A stretch of 64,000 bases of DNA from Cystobasidiomycetes sp. EMM_F5. Taxonomy: Eukaryota. The stretch is taken from assembly GCA_051047955.1 (NCBI GenBank), contig JBPGPT010000012.1:372001-436000 (forward strand), written 5' to 3'. The position numbers and the translations under genes are program-made. Positions 33,990 to 47,257 of the stretch are shown here, in pieces. Numbering within the stretch: the first letter of the stretch is position 1; each line of letters opens with the position of its first letter. The notes beneath the pieces were generated by a model that worked only from the letters and a program-made list of their open reading frames with translations, searched no databases and was not told where the DNA came from.

Positions 33990-36292
33990 CTAGAATCGCC
34001 CTTCCGGCCTGGAGAAGACCCTGACCGTCGCAGAGCGCGATATGGTGACGACCATATTGGGGAGAAATGCTACACCAGATAGCAGATCTTGGGAAACGGT
34101 CTTGCTCTGGGTTAATGAAGGCACAGTCAGCATCTAGTCATCATACTCTTCAATGCCGCCACTACGCACTACTACGGGCTGAAGACCCGGCACCTCGCTC
34201 CGATTGGGTGCCCTATGCCATACCGGACCCTCCCGGTCGGAGGTAGCTGTTGCGGGCAGATTAACGCTAGATTCAATAGTCCGTCTCCTTGATAGTGACA
34301 GGGAAGACATTGCGCTAGCACGTCGAGCGTATGGACCTGCTTCTCTCCCTTGTTGTTGATGGGTGCTTTGCGCGTGATGAAGATGATGGAGGTGACCTTT
34401 CGGTCGTTGGAGTGCCGCACTTGACAAGTCCCAGAATATTAATCGACAATCCTCGCTGACGCTGGCGAAGCGTTGCGTTCGGCTATCGCATCGCCATGGA
34501 TCAAAAGCCAGGCCGGTAAGGAATGATGAGTGGCCTTCGCATCTAGCGACTATCCGTTGTTCGAAGGGTGACCAAATACAGGCTAGATCGTCTTGTCCGC
34601 CAGTCTATCATTGCGATCAGCTTTACTTGATGTACTGCGCGGAATCCTAGTAACTTACAAGGATAAACCGCCCGTCCGGTGACCACGTCACGCAAGTGAG
34701 AGCCCCAAAATAAGCCTGGAATGTATCCAGCAATCGCTGGGTATTGGCATCGATAATCCGTAAACACCCATCCTCGCTGACCACAGCCACAAATTGGTTA
34801 TCTGGCGAAACGGCAAAGTCTGGTGTGTACGTATCAGAAAAGAACAATTTTGGAATTATGTAAGGCACTGCTTACCCGTTATGCCCTTTCTGCTGACCTT
34901 CCAATGCGCAACGGGGTTGAACCTGGCAGGATTCTTCTTGTCTGCACTCGCTTGCGGTAGAGTAACAACAATATCATCAGTGTACTCTGTCGGCTTGTAG
35001 GAGATTGAGAAGCGAGATTTTGTAGAAGAGGGCGGCACCTTGTCGCCATTCATGTGAAACCCTGAGGCCATGCCTTCTTCAGAGTCTATGGAGTCGGACC
35101 GTTGTAACGGGGCATCTTGCGTTGGCATGCTTGCCAGAGGAGTGTTGGCTGGCGCAAGACCTGGATATGGCGCGAATGATGCCGGGTCCTCGCGATCTCT
35201 ATCCCAAAACGACATACTTCCGTCTTGACTTGCGCAACAAAACATGTTCTCGCCTTGCCCCGCTCCTGGCAGCCAAGCCACACGCTTTATAGCTGCTGCA
35301 CATACACATCCAGATGGTTTGTTTGGGTTTGTCGCCGCTGCCTGCGCATCTTTGTTATAGCGGGTATATCTACCCGAGAACACCTCCATCCAAATGATGT
35401 CCCCCGTGTTGAAGCCAACAAGGATATCCAAACGTTCGTGAGTGAGCGTAGCGTTGTTGACAGCGGCACAAGTAGGAGTAGCCGAGAACGCTATCCTGGC
35501 AATCGGATCTCGCGATTTGGCCCGCGGACTAATATCCATAATATGGACGCCTTTTGTCGATGTAAATATGGCGAGTATGACCTCTCGCGCATCGGCTCCT
35601 CCCCAGAGCTTATCAGCTTTGGCTGATATGGGCAAGCCTTCATACATCTTGACAAAGTTCGAGGTTGTGCCTCGAAAGGCGGATTTGGGTTTGCTGGATG
35701 TGGGATTGGCGCTTATCGGACTATTGGTAGACATTGAGATAGGCACTGTTGACAAGGACGGCAGAGACACAAGAGGTCGCTTGCGTTGGCCCGACGAGGG
35801 TTGTGGCTGGATTGGCAGATTGCTATCCAGCGGAGAGTACGAGCTTCCGGAAGCCGTCGAGGAAGCTTCTTCTGCGTTTGACGAAGAGCTAGCTCCAGCT
35901 TGATGACCACCTGCATATCCGTCATGACTAGTCGATGCATCTCTGTTGCGACTTGTATTCGACCGTTGTTGGCCGCCGAGGCCCAATATGCTGGTATTTC
36001 CATTGCTCGCGTGGTGATACTGAGAGGGTGCGGAGCCTGGAAAATACAGCACAGCTGTCGTCAAATGAGCTGGATGGTCGGGTATCGGGCTGGGCTGAGT
36101 TCCCGCCTGGGACGCAATCTGCGGGGACAGCGGAGTCGACGGCGGCAGTGGCCCCACCTCGTATACGAGATTGTAGTCTCCCTCTGGCGTGTGGAAGCTG
36201 CCGTACTCAGCGGGCGCCTCAGACAGCAGCGGCGGATACGCTAGCCGGTCATCGACGGGGGCGACCGAAGCACGGCGGAGTACAGAGTTCAT
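33990..36292 (-). CDS. creC: WD40 protein CreC / WDR20 family (deubiquitinase-associated)
   Basis: [61 protein letters not shown] and GHSSF..AFDPW. Last exon ends ...RPEGRF*. Confidence 0.88.
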
Positions 36293-37163
36293 GGGGCAGG
36301 AGGATGCACGGCTCAGACTTCATGGATATCAGCGCATTGTCAGTCTTGTTGCTGCAGGAGCCAGATAATGGAGTCCGATTAGCCTGTCACGGGCCGCCCG
36401 GCTTTGACGGACGCCTCCAGAATCAAGTTCAATACCGATGATCATTTGCGAGCGAATCATCGCGGAAACTGAATACTAAATTGCATTGCAGCTGCCTGAA
36501 CGCCTGCTGTAGCCTGATTCGAGCTTATCCGGTCGATAGATCATTCACGTACTCGCGCGCTATAAAGTAGGCTGAAAGACCGAACATTCTGCAGACAGCA
36601 ATGGGGGCGTGGGGTACGATCCAGACTAATGATCTTGTGGCTCGACACCCCTCCGCGCGTTATGAGCAGCAGGCTGGTACTGTGCCGTTACGGATTGGAG
36701 ACATCGAAATAGGCGACAGACGTGCGATAGCGCAACTTGGCCAGAATTGCATCATAAGGTGTACGATGTGGTCCTTGTAATTACTGATGTAGGAGCTTTA
36801 CTGGGTCGACGACCTAGAAAACCTGCCTTATCGAATCGAGACTCTGGTCTGGTGCACGGGCTTGCGGACAGCCGTAAATGAGCTCGGCAAATCCCAACTT
36901 CGTTGGTGTGAGCTGGTATACAGGGTCGTTTGAGCAGCTTCTGGTGACAATACTCATCGTGCACATCCCCCACGGAATTTGTTCGGCTCTCGATACGCTT
37001 TCCTATTTTCTGCCAGATAGCCTCCCCCACCCATCTTATCCGTCCAACCCTTGTCTTCATCTTCTTTCACAACCACATCGTTCCCCTTGCCCTCTCTTCA
37101 CGCCAAAGTTGATTTCTTACCTCGCCTTCATCCACGTAACAGCCATTGTCGAACGAAACAGAA

Positions 37164-39047
37164 ATGGCACCAGGGCTCTTTAGTAGCTGGACTTCCCCTG
37201 CTACTTGCGACAAGCCTTCGCTTCAAGCACCATCTCACAAAAGCCTTACCAAGTCGTTGCCGGCTGCAACCTACCGAAGCGACGCCTTCTTCGACCTGGA
37301 GCGACGAGCTATCTTCTCGCAGACATGGATACTCGCCTCTCATACCGGACGGTTCAACAAACCTGGCGACTTTGTATCGCAAGAGTATGCTGGCTTTGCT
37401 TACTTCATTATCAAGGACAAGGACGGAAGCTACAAAGCCCATCATAATGTCTGTCGCCACAGGGTGTGTCTCCCTTTTCTGCTGATATGTCTGCCAGTCT
37501 TGCTTGACGAGATTGATTAGGCATTCCCCGTCATCAATTCGACAGGAGCAGGTTCTGTAAACATCATCGCGTATGTGAGCCTCACTAGCGCGAGGTCTTG
37601 CGCTGGCTGACAGACATTGGCAGCTGCAAGTATCACTCATGGTCGTACCGCTATGACGGGAGTCTCGTCAAAGCGCCAAAGTTCGAGACCGAGCCGGGCT
37701 TCAATAAGGCCGAGAATGTGGGCTGTAATGCTCATATGAGCACGACTTTCGTACTGACGTTTCTGTCTTGTCAGGGATTATTCCCCATTCATGTCCACGT
37801 CAATGAAAAGGGATTCATCTTCATCAATTTCTCGTCCGGCAAGCCAGTCGACTTCACGGAGCGCTTTGGCGCTCTTTCCGAAGAGTGGTCTAGCCTACCC
37901 GTACAAGAGTACGAGTACGCGTATAGCTGGGAGGCGACGGGCAAATTCAACTGGTATGACAATCATGGAAGGCATTGCGACTTCGGCTAACAAAGAATAA
38001 AAAATACAGGAAGACCCTCATTGATGGATACTGGTCAGTCTGTGGCGTGCAGTGTAGCCTTCACCCGCCCGACTGACGGCTAATCTTCACAGCGAGTGCT
38101 ACCATTGTACTGTAGGCCATCCTGGCTTCGCTAAGAGCCTGGACCTCGGCAACTATAACGTAACCAATCTGACCAAGTACGCGCGTGGCTGCACGCTCGC
38201 TTGACAACTGCTACTGAAGTACGTTTTGCGCAGCTACGCTCGTCATCGGGTACCGAATGCAAACGGATCATCGCCCGACGATGGCAATCCTCCGACTTTC
38301 ACGTACACGTTTCCGAATACCGGGGTTACAACGTGTCCTCAGATGTGGTATGGCAAACGGTACCTAATAGAGAAGGTTCACAGTCTAAGCTCTTTCTGCA
38401 GGTACATGATGAGAGCGGTCCCTGTTGATGCACACACTACACGGTTGTACGTGACATCTAACGCCAATACTGCCCTAAGGATGATTAATACTGAGATCGG
38501 TTGGCAGGGAATACGATGTGTTTCGCCACCACAGCATGCCAATGCAAGAACTGCGAGAGTTTATGTCTTTCTACGGTGCGTGTGCATAGCAGAGACACTG
38601 AGTAGCTTTCACGACTGATTTTGAACTGGCTTTCTCACATGCTCGAACAGAGCAAGTCGAGCAGGAGGTAAGGCCAAGTAGCCTTTCGATGCTCGTGCGC
38701 ATCCGGCTGAATGATTATACGCAGGACTACGACTTGTGTGAAGCCACCCAGCGAGGTCTCGAGGCTGGCGTCTACTCGAAAGGCACACTGCACCCGCAGA
38801 AGGAGAACGGCGTGTAAGCCGGATGCCTTTGGCTGAAAGACTGTGCCTCCTAGCTGAAGAATCCTGACGATGCAGCTTGTACTACCAAGGACTTGTAGCT
38901 GATTGGGTGCAGCGCCACCAAGCGGCAGAAGAGAGCGACGGCAAGGAAATCCATCCCGCTCGCCCGGCTGGGCAGTCGACCGATGATTGTGGCCTTTCCA
39001 CCATCTGCAATAAGCTGAACGGTAATGACAAGGTCCTGGCCTGGTAG
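37164..39047 (+). CDS. Rieske [2Fe-2S] non-heme iron oxygenase alpha subunit (choline monooxygenase-like)
   Basis: HNVCRHR|AFP, CKYHSWSY..DG.L..AP, NWK..IDGY|CECYHC..GHP and EDYDLCEATQRGL. About 11 introns. Confidence 0.9.
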
Positions 39048-39107
39048 TGCTGTCTGCAGCTGTAGCGTGAATGACGGATAGTAAATACACGACAATCGTA
39101 CTTGCGT

Positions 39108-42100
39108 TTATCGTGGGTAGGAAGGAACACGGGAATTTGTTCGAGAAATGCGAAGATTTGAGTATGTAGTTGGACTGTGCGATTTAGGCATGAGCGTGAC
39201 AAGCAGATTGCCGAATGCCGCAACTATCATCTGACCACCAGCGAGAGGCTTGAAATGGCGAATTCGGTCTATCGGCAGCTGTGGATGAACAGGTTTTGGA
39301 TCGCTGGGTATAGCCTTGCCGGAATCAGGCAAAGGTGTTTGAGGAAGCGAGGACTGATTAACGACGACTTGAAGATTGGCGCACTGTACCGAGAGATTAC
39401 CGTCTTTGACAAGAAATGCGCGATTCAGGCTGTAAGTCCACAGCTCCCACCGCCCAAGCATGGTCGACTTGGGCGCGCTGAGTTGCCGTCGGACTCCAAC
39501 TACCTGAGAATCGCAAATGTCCCAAGCGCCCTTGTCATCAAGAGTCAGCGTGCCTATCGTGACTGCACGCCACCTCGGGGATGCAGAGGATCCAAAGGTG
39601 CCCGATGTATCGCAAGAGTCATCTGCCAAGTCCTCCTGGGTTGAAGACAAACGCGTCATAGATTGACCAGCAGCAGCTTCGTTTCGATGCGAGGCTAAGT
39701 CGTCAGTCTTGCGTTTCTCGCTTGCGTGACTGAGTCTACGCAGGGAATGCGGAGAAAGGGGATATGACGCTGGCGACAAGGTCCCTCGTTTCTCATTTGT
39801 TGTGAGTTGAGGGGATGCCCCACGATAATAAGCCCCTCCATTGATATTTTCAGAAAATGTGGACAATGGGCTTGCATTGTGGCATACACAGGTGTCCAAG
39901 GAGGATATTGTCGTAATGCGGATCGCATACAGCGCGGATGACGTTGAGGCAAGTAACAGCACTCCTTCACCAAGGCTCAGCCCGCAGCCTTCACAGGCAT
40001 GCTCATGAAGACCGATCAAGCGCACGCGACGGATGGAAGTGGTTGCCAGATTTGACGTGTAGATCAGGCGATCTCCCGAAGCGTCCCAGACTTCTACCGT
40101 GCCTGAGGCTCGACCCACTGCCAATAACGTTTGCTGGCCGAGCACCCATACGGCTTGTACGATGTTGTCTTTGCTGTGTTCTGACAATGCTGAGGGCGAC
40201 ACGAGCTGCCAGTCTAATGATGAATGTAGCCGCAACAACTGAGTGGACCCTGTAGTCAAATTTTGTTGAAGTATGTGAGTAGGTTGCTTTGACTTTCCTT
40301 CGATAAGGGTAGATCGACTAGGGGCAGGCGGGGGCGGAAGGACCTCCGTACAATCTTGGGATTCACAGCTCCATCGATGCACTGCTCCACTCTGCTGTAT
40401 GGTAAAAAGGACATTGACAGACGGGGTGGAGCTGCCATTCGGCACAGGTCTTGGCGGCGAAATATCGTCGAATGAATGGCCAAGCACGGTAAAAATACTC
40501 GAGTACTTCGTAACGTTAATGGGAACATTGGTAAAGTGGATCAGTGTTGGCGATTCTTCGATGCGCCAGCAAAGCAAACGATTGGCGGACGTGACGGTTG
40601 CACAAAATTCCGCGCTGTCCGTCAAGGCTAAAGATAGGAGAACTTCGCCGCGTGCAAGGATTTTACGCAGCGGTATCCTCAGACGAGACATTCGCTCCGA
40701 TCTCAAGCCCGTGCCCGGAACAAAGACGATTTGATGCTCGATCGGAACCCATAAAGCGTAGGCAGAATTGTCACTCGTGGAAGTAAGGAGTTCTATGTCA
40801 GCGCTCCTACGAGGCTCTGGTAGCGTACACATGAATGTCGCACCAGGCTCCATATGGGCATCCGGAATGGCGAGTGTTGCGGCCGAAGATGATTCATCGG
40901 CAGTGAGGCGCTCCGAACCTTTCAATAGCTGCCGTAGAAGCGTATAGAGGGCAAAGGTAGTCACTGAGATAGGCAAGGCAACGAACTTGATGAAGGCATA
41001 AGCGGTTTCAAGGATTGCCTGTAATGCGGTTTGTGTTTTCCCAGCTCCGGCCGTGAAATGCAATACAATTGGCGACGCAATGTGCACATGGACCGCCTCG
41101 GACGTCCTCGCGCCGAGTAGGTGCCAAAAGACCTCGCTAGCAGGCCAGGGAGTGCCGGGGACGTGCGCTAGACGAGGTCCGTCCGGGAAAGTAATATTTG
41201 AACAGAATGCGGGCACGAAGTAATCCGGTCCATAAAGCAAGTATAGAAGGTAATTTGAGAGTATCAAGATGATTCCTGTGTATGTCCGAGCCTTTCTCTG
41301 CCGTAGGGAAGAAAAGATGCTCTCGAACAAACGAGGAAAGGTACTAGGTTTCTTGGGTGTATTGGATCCGGGTCGGACAACAGGTTGACGTAGATCCTGA
41401 TGAATCAGATCTGCAAGTTCTAGGCGTTGCATATCGATACTCAGAACAGTCACAAAATATGTCATTTCCATGATGTAGTCCATCACGAGAGCGACGGCGC
41501 CAAACACGACCATTTCGCGGATAACGCGCGTCGGAATGCCCGCATAGAGGAGGTACAGTCCAACGAGCTCGGCAACGAGATTTACGAAGATGCTCGTTCC
41601 GCTTTGACCCAGACCTTGGGCGATACGCTCTTTGACGGGTAGATTGATGGATGTCTCCGTTACGGCGGATATCAGCACAAACATATTATCCACGCCGAGC
41701 ACGACAATCAGAAACGGAATGAGTTTCCAGGGCACTACCATAACGGATGCGTTTAAGCAAGGTCCAAATTATGAACATAGCTGGACTGACCTAGGTCAAT
41801 TTTGTAGCCGGCCAGTGCACAGAGACTCAGCGAACCCATCCCCGAGATCAACATCTGTACGAGACCTGTGAGAACCAAACCTGTCCGAGAGTGCACCTTA
41901 TCGATGCCGCGTAGCGTCATGTAGATGTACAGGCCGACAATAACGTAACCGATGTAGAAGAAAACGTCTTCCCACGCCTTTGATCGCACACGAACGTCTG
42001 AGACATGCTTCATGACAAAGCGAGGCCTGGAGGCTGTGGGTTTGCCGACCGGAATCAAGCCTAAATCGCGTCCGATAGAGTTGACCAAGCGGACAACAGA

Positions 42101-43048
42101 AGAATGGTCTGGATATTCTTCGAGGAAAAGGGTGACTACAGCATAGTCGGACTTTCGCATCGTAGAACCGGACTGTACGCGCCCAGCGAAAAGACTGTCG
42201 TGTCGGAGAGGAAAGTCGTGATAGTGCTTTTCGGCAGAATTGACTGTTGCTATGAGCGACGTGTCGGACAGCATGGCATTCTCGTTGCCGTTCCAGTAGG
42301 CCATTGGTGAGACGGTGAAGCACTTGCCGCTCGGGAGAAAGTCCAACTTTGCGCAAGCCATAGGCGTATAGGCATTATGCTGAGGAATACCGTAGCTATA
42401 CCGGTCAGTGCCGCTTGAAAGAGCGTCATGCAGGCGATGCTCCAGCTTGTGAAGCGTATGTAACACTCTCCTGTCCAGAACGCCGTGCTCGCTCGCTACT
42501 GCGCCGTCTGTCGGGAAACCAAGGAGGACCTGCTGGACCGTAACTTCACGAAACTTGGGTATGCGTTGCCAACATGCTTCTTCGCTGTTTGTGACGATGG
42601 CATCCAAATCGTGCCAGGGAAAGCGGAGGTCCCTCGCAGTCGAAGGAACGGGTCTCCCGTCATAAGCAGCCAACAGGTTCCATGCCGGAGACGTACGCAG
42701 GAAGTTGAAGAAGTCGCTGCCAGTCGAAGGGGCTCCCCACGCATACAGGGACAGGACCGGATACGTCAATCCGCACAGAAACACAGAACACAGACAGAGG
42801 ACTGTGACCTGGCGAGTTGCGACGAAGCGTCCCCAGTTCTGCAGCCGACTTTGAGTGTAGATTCGGACTGCCAAGTATATTCGCAACCAGGTCTGCTCGA
42901 GCCACGACGCAGACGGCTTGCCCGTTTCTATTGGAGCATACTGCTGTGACCGCTGCTGAGCCTGCTGCTGCCTGTGCAGCGTCACTCCGAGGTTGCCATT
43001 TCCTGTGGATGCTGACGCAGAGCCCGGCGGGGTAGGCCGCAAGTTCAT
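39108..43048 (-). CDS. SCP1: SREBP cleavage-activating protein (SCAP)-like: sterol-sensing domain + WD40-like C-terminus
   Basis: VHSRTGL, VPWKLIPFLIVVLGVDNMF, PVKERIAQGLGQSG and FVTVLSIDMQRLELADL (SCAP YIYF-like/MELADL-like region). Beta-propeller-like C-terminus. Confidence 0.85.
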
Positions 43049-43409
43049 GCGATGTTCCAGGATCCCAGGAAGCGGCAGGGCGCGGGTTTCATTGCGGCTG
43101 CCTGTGTGAGCGAATCTGAAGTCGCACCATGCAAACAGAATGGAAGCCAGGACTTTGGCATAAAATAAAGTCAAGAGGCAGATCCCTACCGGACGTAAAC
43201 TCGGCGATAAGCTTTATGGCAGACTTGATAGCGGAGTCGCATTTTTATGGCTGGCTTTGCAAGATATCCAGGCTACAATATGTACTGCGTTCTAATGTGG
43301 AGACTACCATCATCACAAGTCCTGCATGTTTTTGTTATTATTTTCATTATTTTCGGTCATCGGTTATGCCGCGTTACCGCTTGTACGAGCACCAATACAC
43401 GTACATGCC

Positions 43410-44907
43410 ATGAACTTCCTGTCCGATGTTAGCGCAGGCGGGAATGACAGATATGCCCCCAGCTTCTTTGAGCTGGCCGCCCAAGAACAGCTCAGAGACT
43501 TGCTACAACCTGTCGTCCGGTACCTGCTTTCGGTTGGGTTTCAAGCATTCATACGAAAGGTTGCAATTCTGATGCTACGTATGTCGCTAGGTGCTCGCAA
43601 CGCGGTATCCTCGGTATATGCTCCGCTTCTCGAACCGCCATGAAGAGACATACGCTGCAATGATGCTACTGGTTGAGCGCCATTATTTGAAGCAGTGGAG
43701 TAGGTCAATAATTACACATCTGCGAACGACACGCTCGACTGAATGCGCGCTCTCACGCAGGCGGTTCCTTTGCCGAGAATTTCTACGGCATGAAACGGAG
43801 ACGTCGTCCAGCAATGGCGTCTGAACGAGCACAAGATGCAGCAGGGCTGTTTACAGACCATACGAGATTGCGAAAGCGTGAGCTGCGATGGTCGCTGTTC
43901 TTCTTGGTGCGATGCATGTCCGATGAACAATTACAGACCAAGCTGTCTGACTCTGCCCTTTTCAGGTGGCTGTACCATACCTACGGTCCAAAGCAGAGGA
44001 CTTGTACGATCAACTTGGAGGGTCGACTGGTGCAGATCTCTTCAATGACTCTGTCAGCTCGCGTGATGCCATGCAGGATGACCAGGCGACCGCACGTTCA
44101 CATCTTCCTTCCATTCACATCATCTGATGCGTTTCTCAATCACAGTCATCCACACGCAAGCAGCGCATTGTACTTCGCATGAAAAGGTTATTCAGACAAA
44201 CCTGGCCGACCATTAATGCAACCTACGAAGCCATTCTCCTTGCGTACAATATCGGCTATCTATTCGACAAGACGCCATATTACAGGCCCTGGCTGCATTG
44301 GCTTGGAGTGGATTTGCGACGTATGAGCGAGCAGGATTATGTACGTACAGATATGCTATAATGAGTCAATCTACCTGACCGCTAATCACGTATTTGGATT
44401 GGCGACCCTCTCCGACAGAGAAAGGTAGCGGCCGCTCAAGAATCGCTTAGGCAGTCTCCATTCCGGCAAGATCCGGATACTGGACAGCGACCAGCTGTCA
44501 TGCGTGTGCTAGCACGAGCCATGTTGCTCGGGCCGCAGTACCTCTTGGAAGCGCTCAAGGTATTCTTGCCGACATCCATCTTCTTCTTCAAATTTTTGGA
44601 ATGGTGGTACTCTTCATCGTATGCGCGTTCAGGAACAGCGTCGTCACAAGCAGACGCAGCGGCTCCTCCACTCAAGCCACCGCAAACTCGGCTGTCGCCG
44701 CACCCCGATGGTGTTGTCGGCATTCACGGACCGCTTGCGAAAGGCCACTGTCCAGTATGCAGGAAGGCTACGACAAATCCTGCTGCTGTTCCCACTGGGT
44801 GGGTCGGTGATTATCGGTGCTTGTACGATTATGTCGAGCGGGAAGGAGTGTGTCCAGTAACGCTCATCCCAGTAGCATTGGGCGATTTACGGAAGATTAT
44901 GGGCTGA
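43410..44907 (+). CDS. PEX12: Peroxin PEX12 (RING peroxin)
   Basis: PSFFELAAQEQLRDLLQP..RYLL, GSFAENFYG.KR, LPTSIFFFKFLEWWYS and C-terminal CPVC...NPAAVPTGWV..Y.C...YV..EG.CPVT. Confidence 0.93.
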
Positions 44908-44954
44908 GAGTATGGGACAGTGACGTAGTACACTGTTGTTGTAGGTTTTAAGGG

Positions 44955-45641
44955 TCACACATAAAGCTTTTCTAGAATCTGGTCGTATCGCTTGCCGAGC
45001 CATAACGGGACGTCGCTGCCAGAACGAGCAAGGTTTACCAGGCCTACTCCCACCCCGGCGGCAAGTGCAGCATATCCAGATTGCAACGCCTTGTGCTGCG
45101 GCATTCTGGATGCTTTCGGTCTTGCTGCGACAATAGATCGCAAGCCGGCTGCGGTATGATAGATAGCAGCAGCTGTGAGAGCGGTGTAGCCCAGCCAGCT
45201 TGTGACGGGATGTTTGTAGAGCGAATAACTGACGTATTGGTATGACAGCAAAGAGGGCGAAATGGCCATCTTTCGGGGAAGTAGGCGATGGGACCAAGCA
45301 TGGTATGCTACTAGCGGCATCAGCAGGAAACCGGTGATGGAGTGCCAGGAAAGATGTCTCAAGCTCTTGGGTGGACCGAGTAGAATGGCACGTCGTATGC
45401 TGCCAGAAACGATATGGACGATGATGCTTCCCCACACCAGAACGGGTTCAATCGCCGAAGTCTGATAGTATTCGCGTGTGAGTATCATCGTCTCGCTGGC
45501 GTCCAAGCCGACAGCAGCAGACAAGGGCGCCGCAAGATGCAGAGTCAGAAAGGCGGTAAACGTGAGTGCCGACGCGCTTTGGAGCTTGGTTGCGATGGCC
45601 CCAAGTCGACGCGACCATTTCGGCTGCGAGGAAGCTGGCAT
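44955..45641 (-). CDS. MCP1: Mitochondrial outer-membrane adaptor MCP1-like (DUF1691)
   Basis: Intronless 228-aa multi-TM ORF with FTAFLTLHL, REYYQ...EPVLVWGS..VH..SG, HSITGFLL and YH..AG. Confidence 0.8.
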   Translation of the reverse strand: MPASSQPKWSRRLGAIATKLQSASALTFTAFLTLHLAAPLSAAVGLDASETMILTREYYQTSAIEPVLVWGSIIVHIVSGSIRRAILLGPPKSLRHLSWHSITGFLLMPLVAYHAWSHRLLPRKMAISPSLLSYQYVSYSLYKHPVTSWLGYTALTAAAIYHTAAGLRSIVAARPKASRMPQHKALQSGYAALAAGVGVGLVNLARSGSDVPLWLGKRYDQILEKLYV

Positions 45642-45829
45642 TGGCGGTGGGAAGAGTGTTGCAGAGCTTGGGTATAGCAGAACTCCAGCCAGAGTGTCTG
45701 AAGTAGTTATTGCGACTGCGGAATCGCGTGTCTTCGTCTTGTTTGGGCAAAGCGAGACTTACTGATTTGAAGAAAAGTGACGGCTCAATGCGTTCCCAAC
45801 ACATGCTAATTTAGCCATTGCTCGCAAAA

Positions 45830-46841
45830 ATGACGGGCATATACCCGCAATGGATTATGTTTGGAGACTCCATCACGCAGCAGTCCTTCTCTCCTGGCGG
45901 CCTCGGCCAATATCTGGCAGACCTGTATCAACGTCGGATTGATATTGTCAACAGAGGTGCCTTTGATGACTCTGCCGCCTGGCCTTTGAGCTGACTGCTC
46001 GCTCAAGGTTATGGCGGTTACAACTCCACCTGGGGAATGCGCGTAGCTCCCCACGTTCGCATGTGTCCTCCACTCGTGCATGATACATTGCTTATTTGCG
46101 TCGAATAGATATTCCCCAAAACAGCCTCGTCAGCTCCTCTCAAGGTTTTGAGCATATGGTGGGGTGCAAATGACTCGTGTCTTCCTATGCGGACGCAATC
46201 TGTGCCGATTGAGGAATATAAAGCCAATTTAAACGCATTAATCGACATGCTACGCGATCCCTCGTCGGAATTCTATGCTCCAGACACCGTAATTATAATA
46301 CTCTCTCCACCGCCTGTGTGCATTCCGCAAAGGGCTGCAGACGTACGCCAACGGTGGGGCCCCGATGTGGAATTGGATCGCAGTGCCGAAAGGACGCGCC
46401 AATTTGCGGTCGCCGCACAAGAAGTCGCTAGTGACCGTAACGTTGGTTTTGTTCCCGTCTATGATGAGATGATGCAGGCAGCCGGCCCAGATCCGGACGA
46501 AGGCCTGCCTAGGCTCCTCAGCGACGGCTTACATCTCACGCCCGAGGGATACCAAGTGAGTCTGACGCAGACCCTACAGTGAGACATTGTGCACAGAACA
46601 TAATTCTGACTTCCGCACTCTCTCGTCGTCAAGGTCGTCGCAAGCGCTGTGAGCAACGTAATCACAGACAAATACCCTCAATTATTGCCAGACAATCTGC
46701 CAAGAATGTTTCCTGCATGGGAGTGCGTGATTCAGCTCAAAATTACATGGTTGAACGCTGACTGACAGCCTGCTCTTCAGTGTAATTGACCCAAAAAATC
46801 TTGACAAAAGCTTTTCCCCGTCTACAACAGATTCCGCGTGA
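45830..46841 (+). CDS. IAH1: SGNH/GDSL esterase, IAH1-like
   Basis: FGDSITQ, DIVNR|GYGGYNS, WWGANDS and LLSDGLHLTPEGY. Confidence 0.9.
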
Positions 46842-47257
46842 TGGGTCACGCAAGTAGTCATTCAGGTCCGCTCCAATCTACCGCTAGGAGTACGCAATGC
46901 CAGTGTAGCTTCGTGCATATAGTTCGATGGAAGGCTTGCAATATTGGAAAATGCCTCGAAACTCGTCTAAGAAGCCCTTGTCCGAACCCGAACCCCGAAC
47001 GGTGGGTGACTCAAGCGCTTTGCATTAACTGATGCTGCACGCAAGCCACCCCTCTGCACTCTCAGCTGCGGAAGCATTCCATAAATGCAAACTCACCCCG
47101 GCTGGCGTCCGTTTGCAACCCCTTTAAGAGCCCCATTTAACAAATTTGATGCTGACACAGTAGCACCTCATTGGTTTCGACCAAGCCAACCACAGCTTGA
47201 AAGCGCTAGTTGCGTGTAGCGAGGCGATCTTGGGCTTTCCGCAAGAGTTCGGCTACG

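Noticed and set aside
46982..47001. CCGAACC-like short tandem repeat
   Set aside because: Only three imperfect copies. Not telomeric or CRISPR-like.
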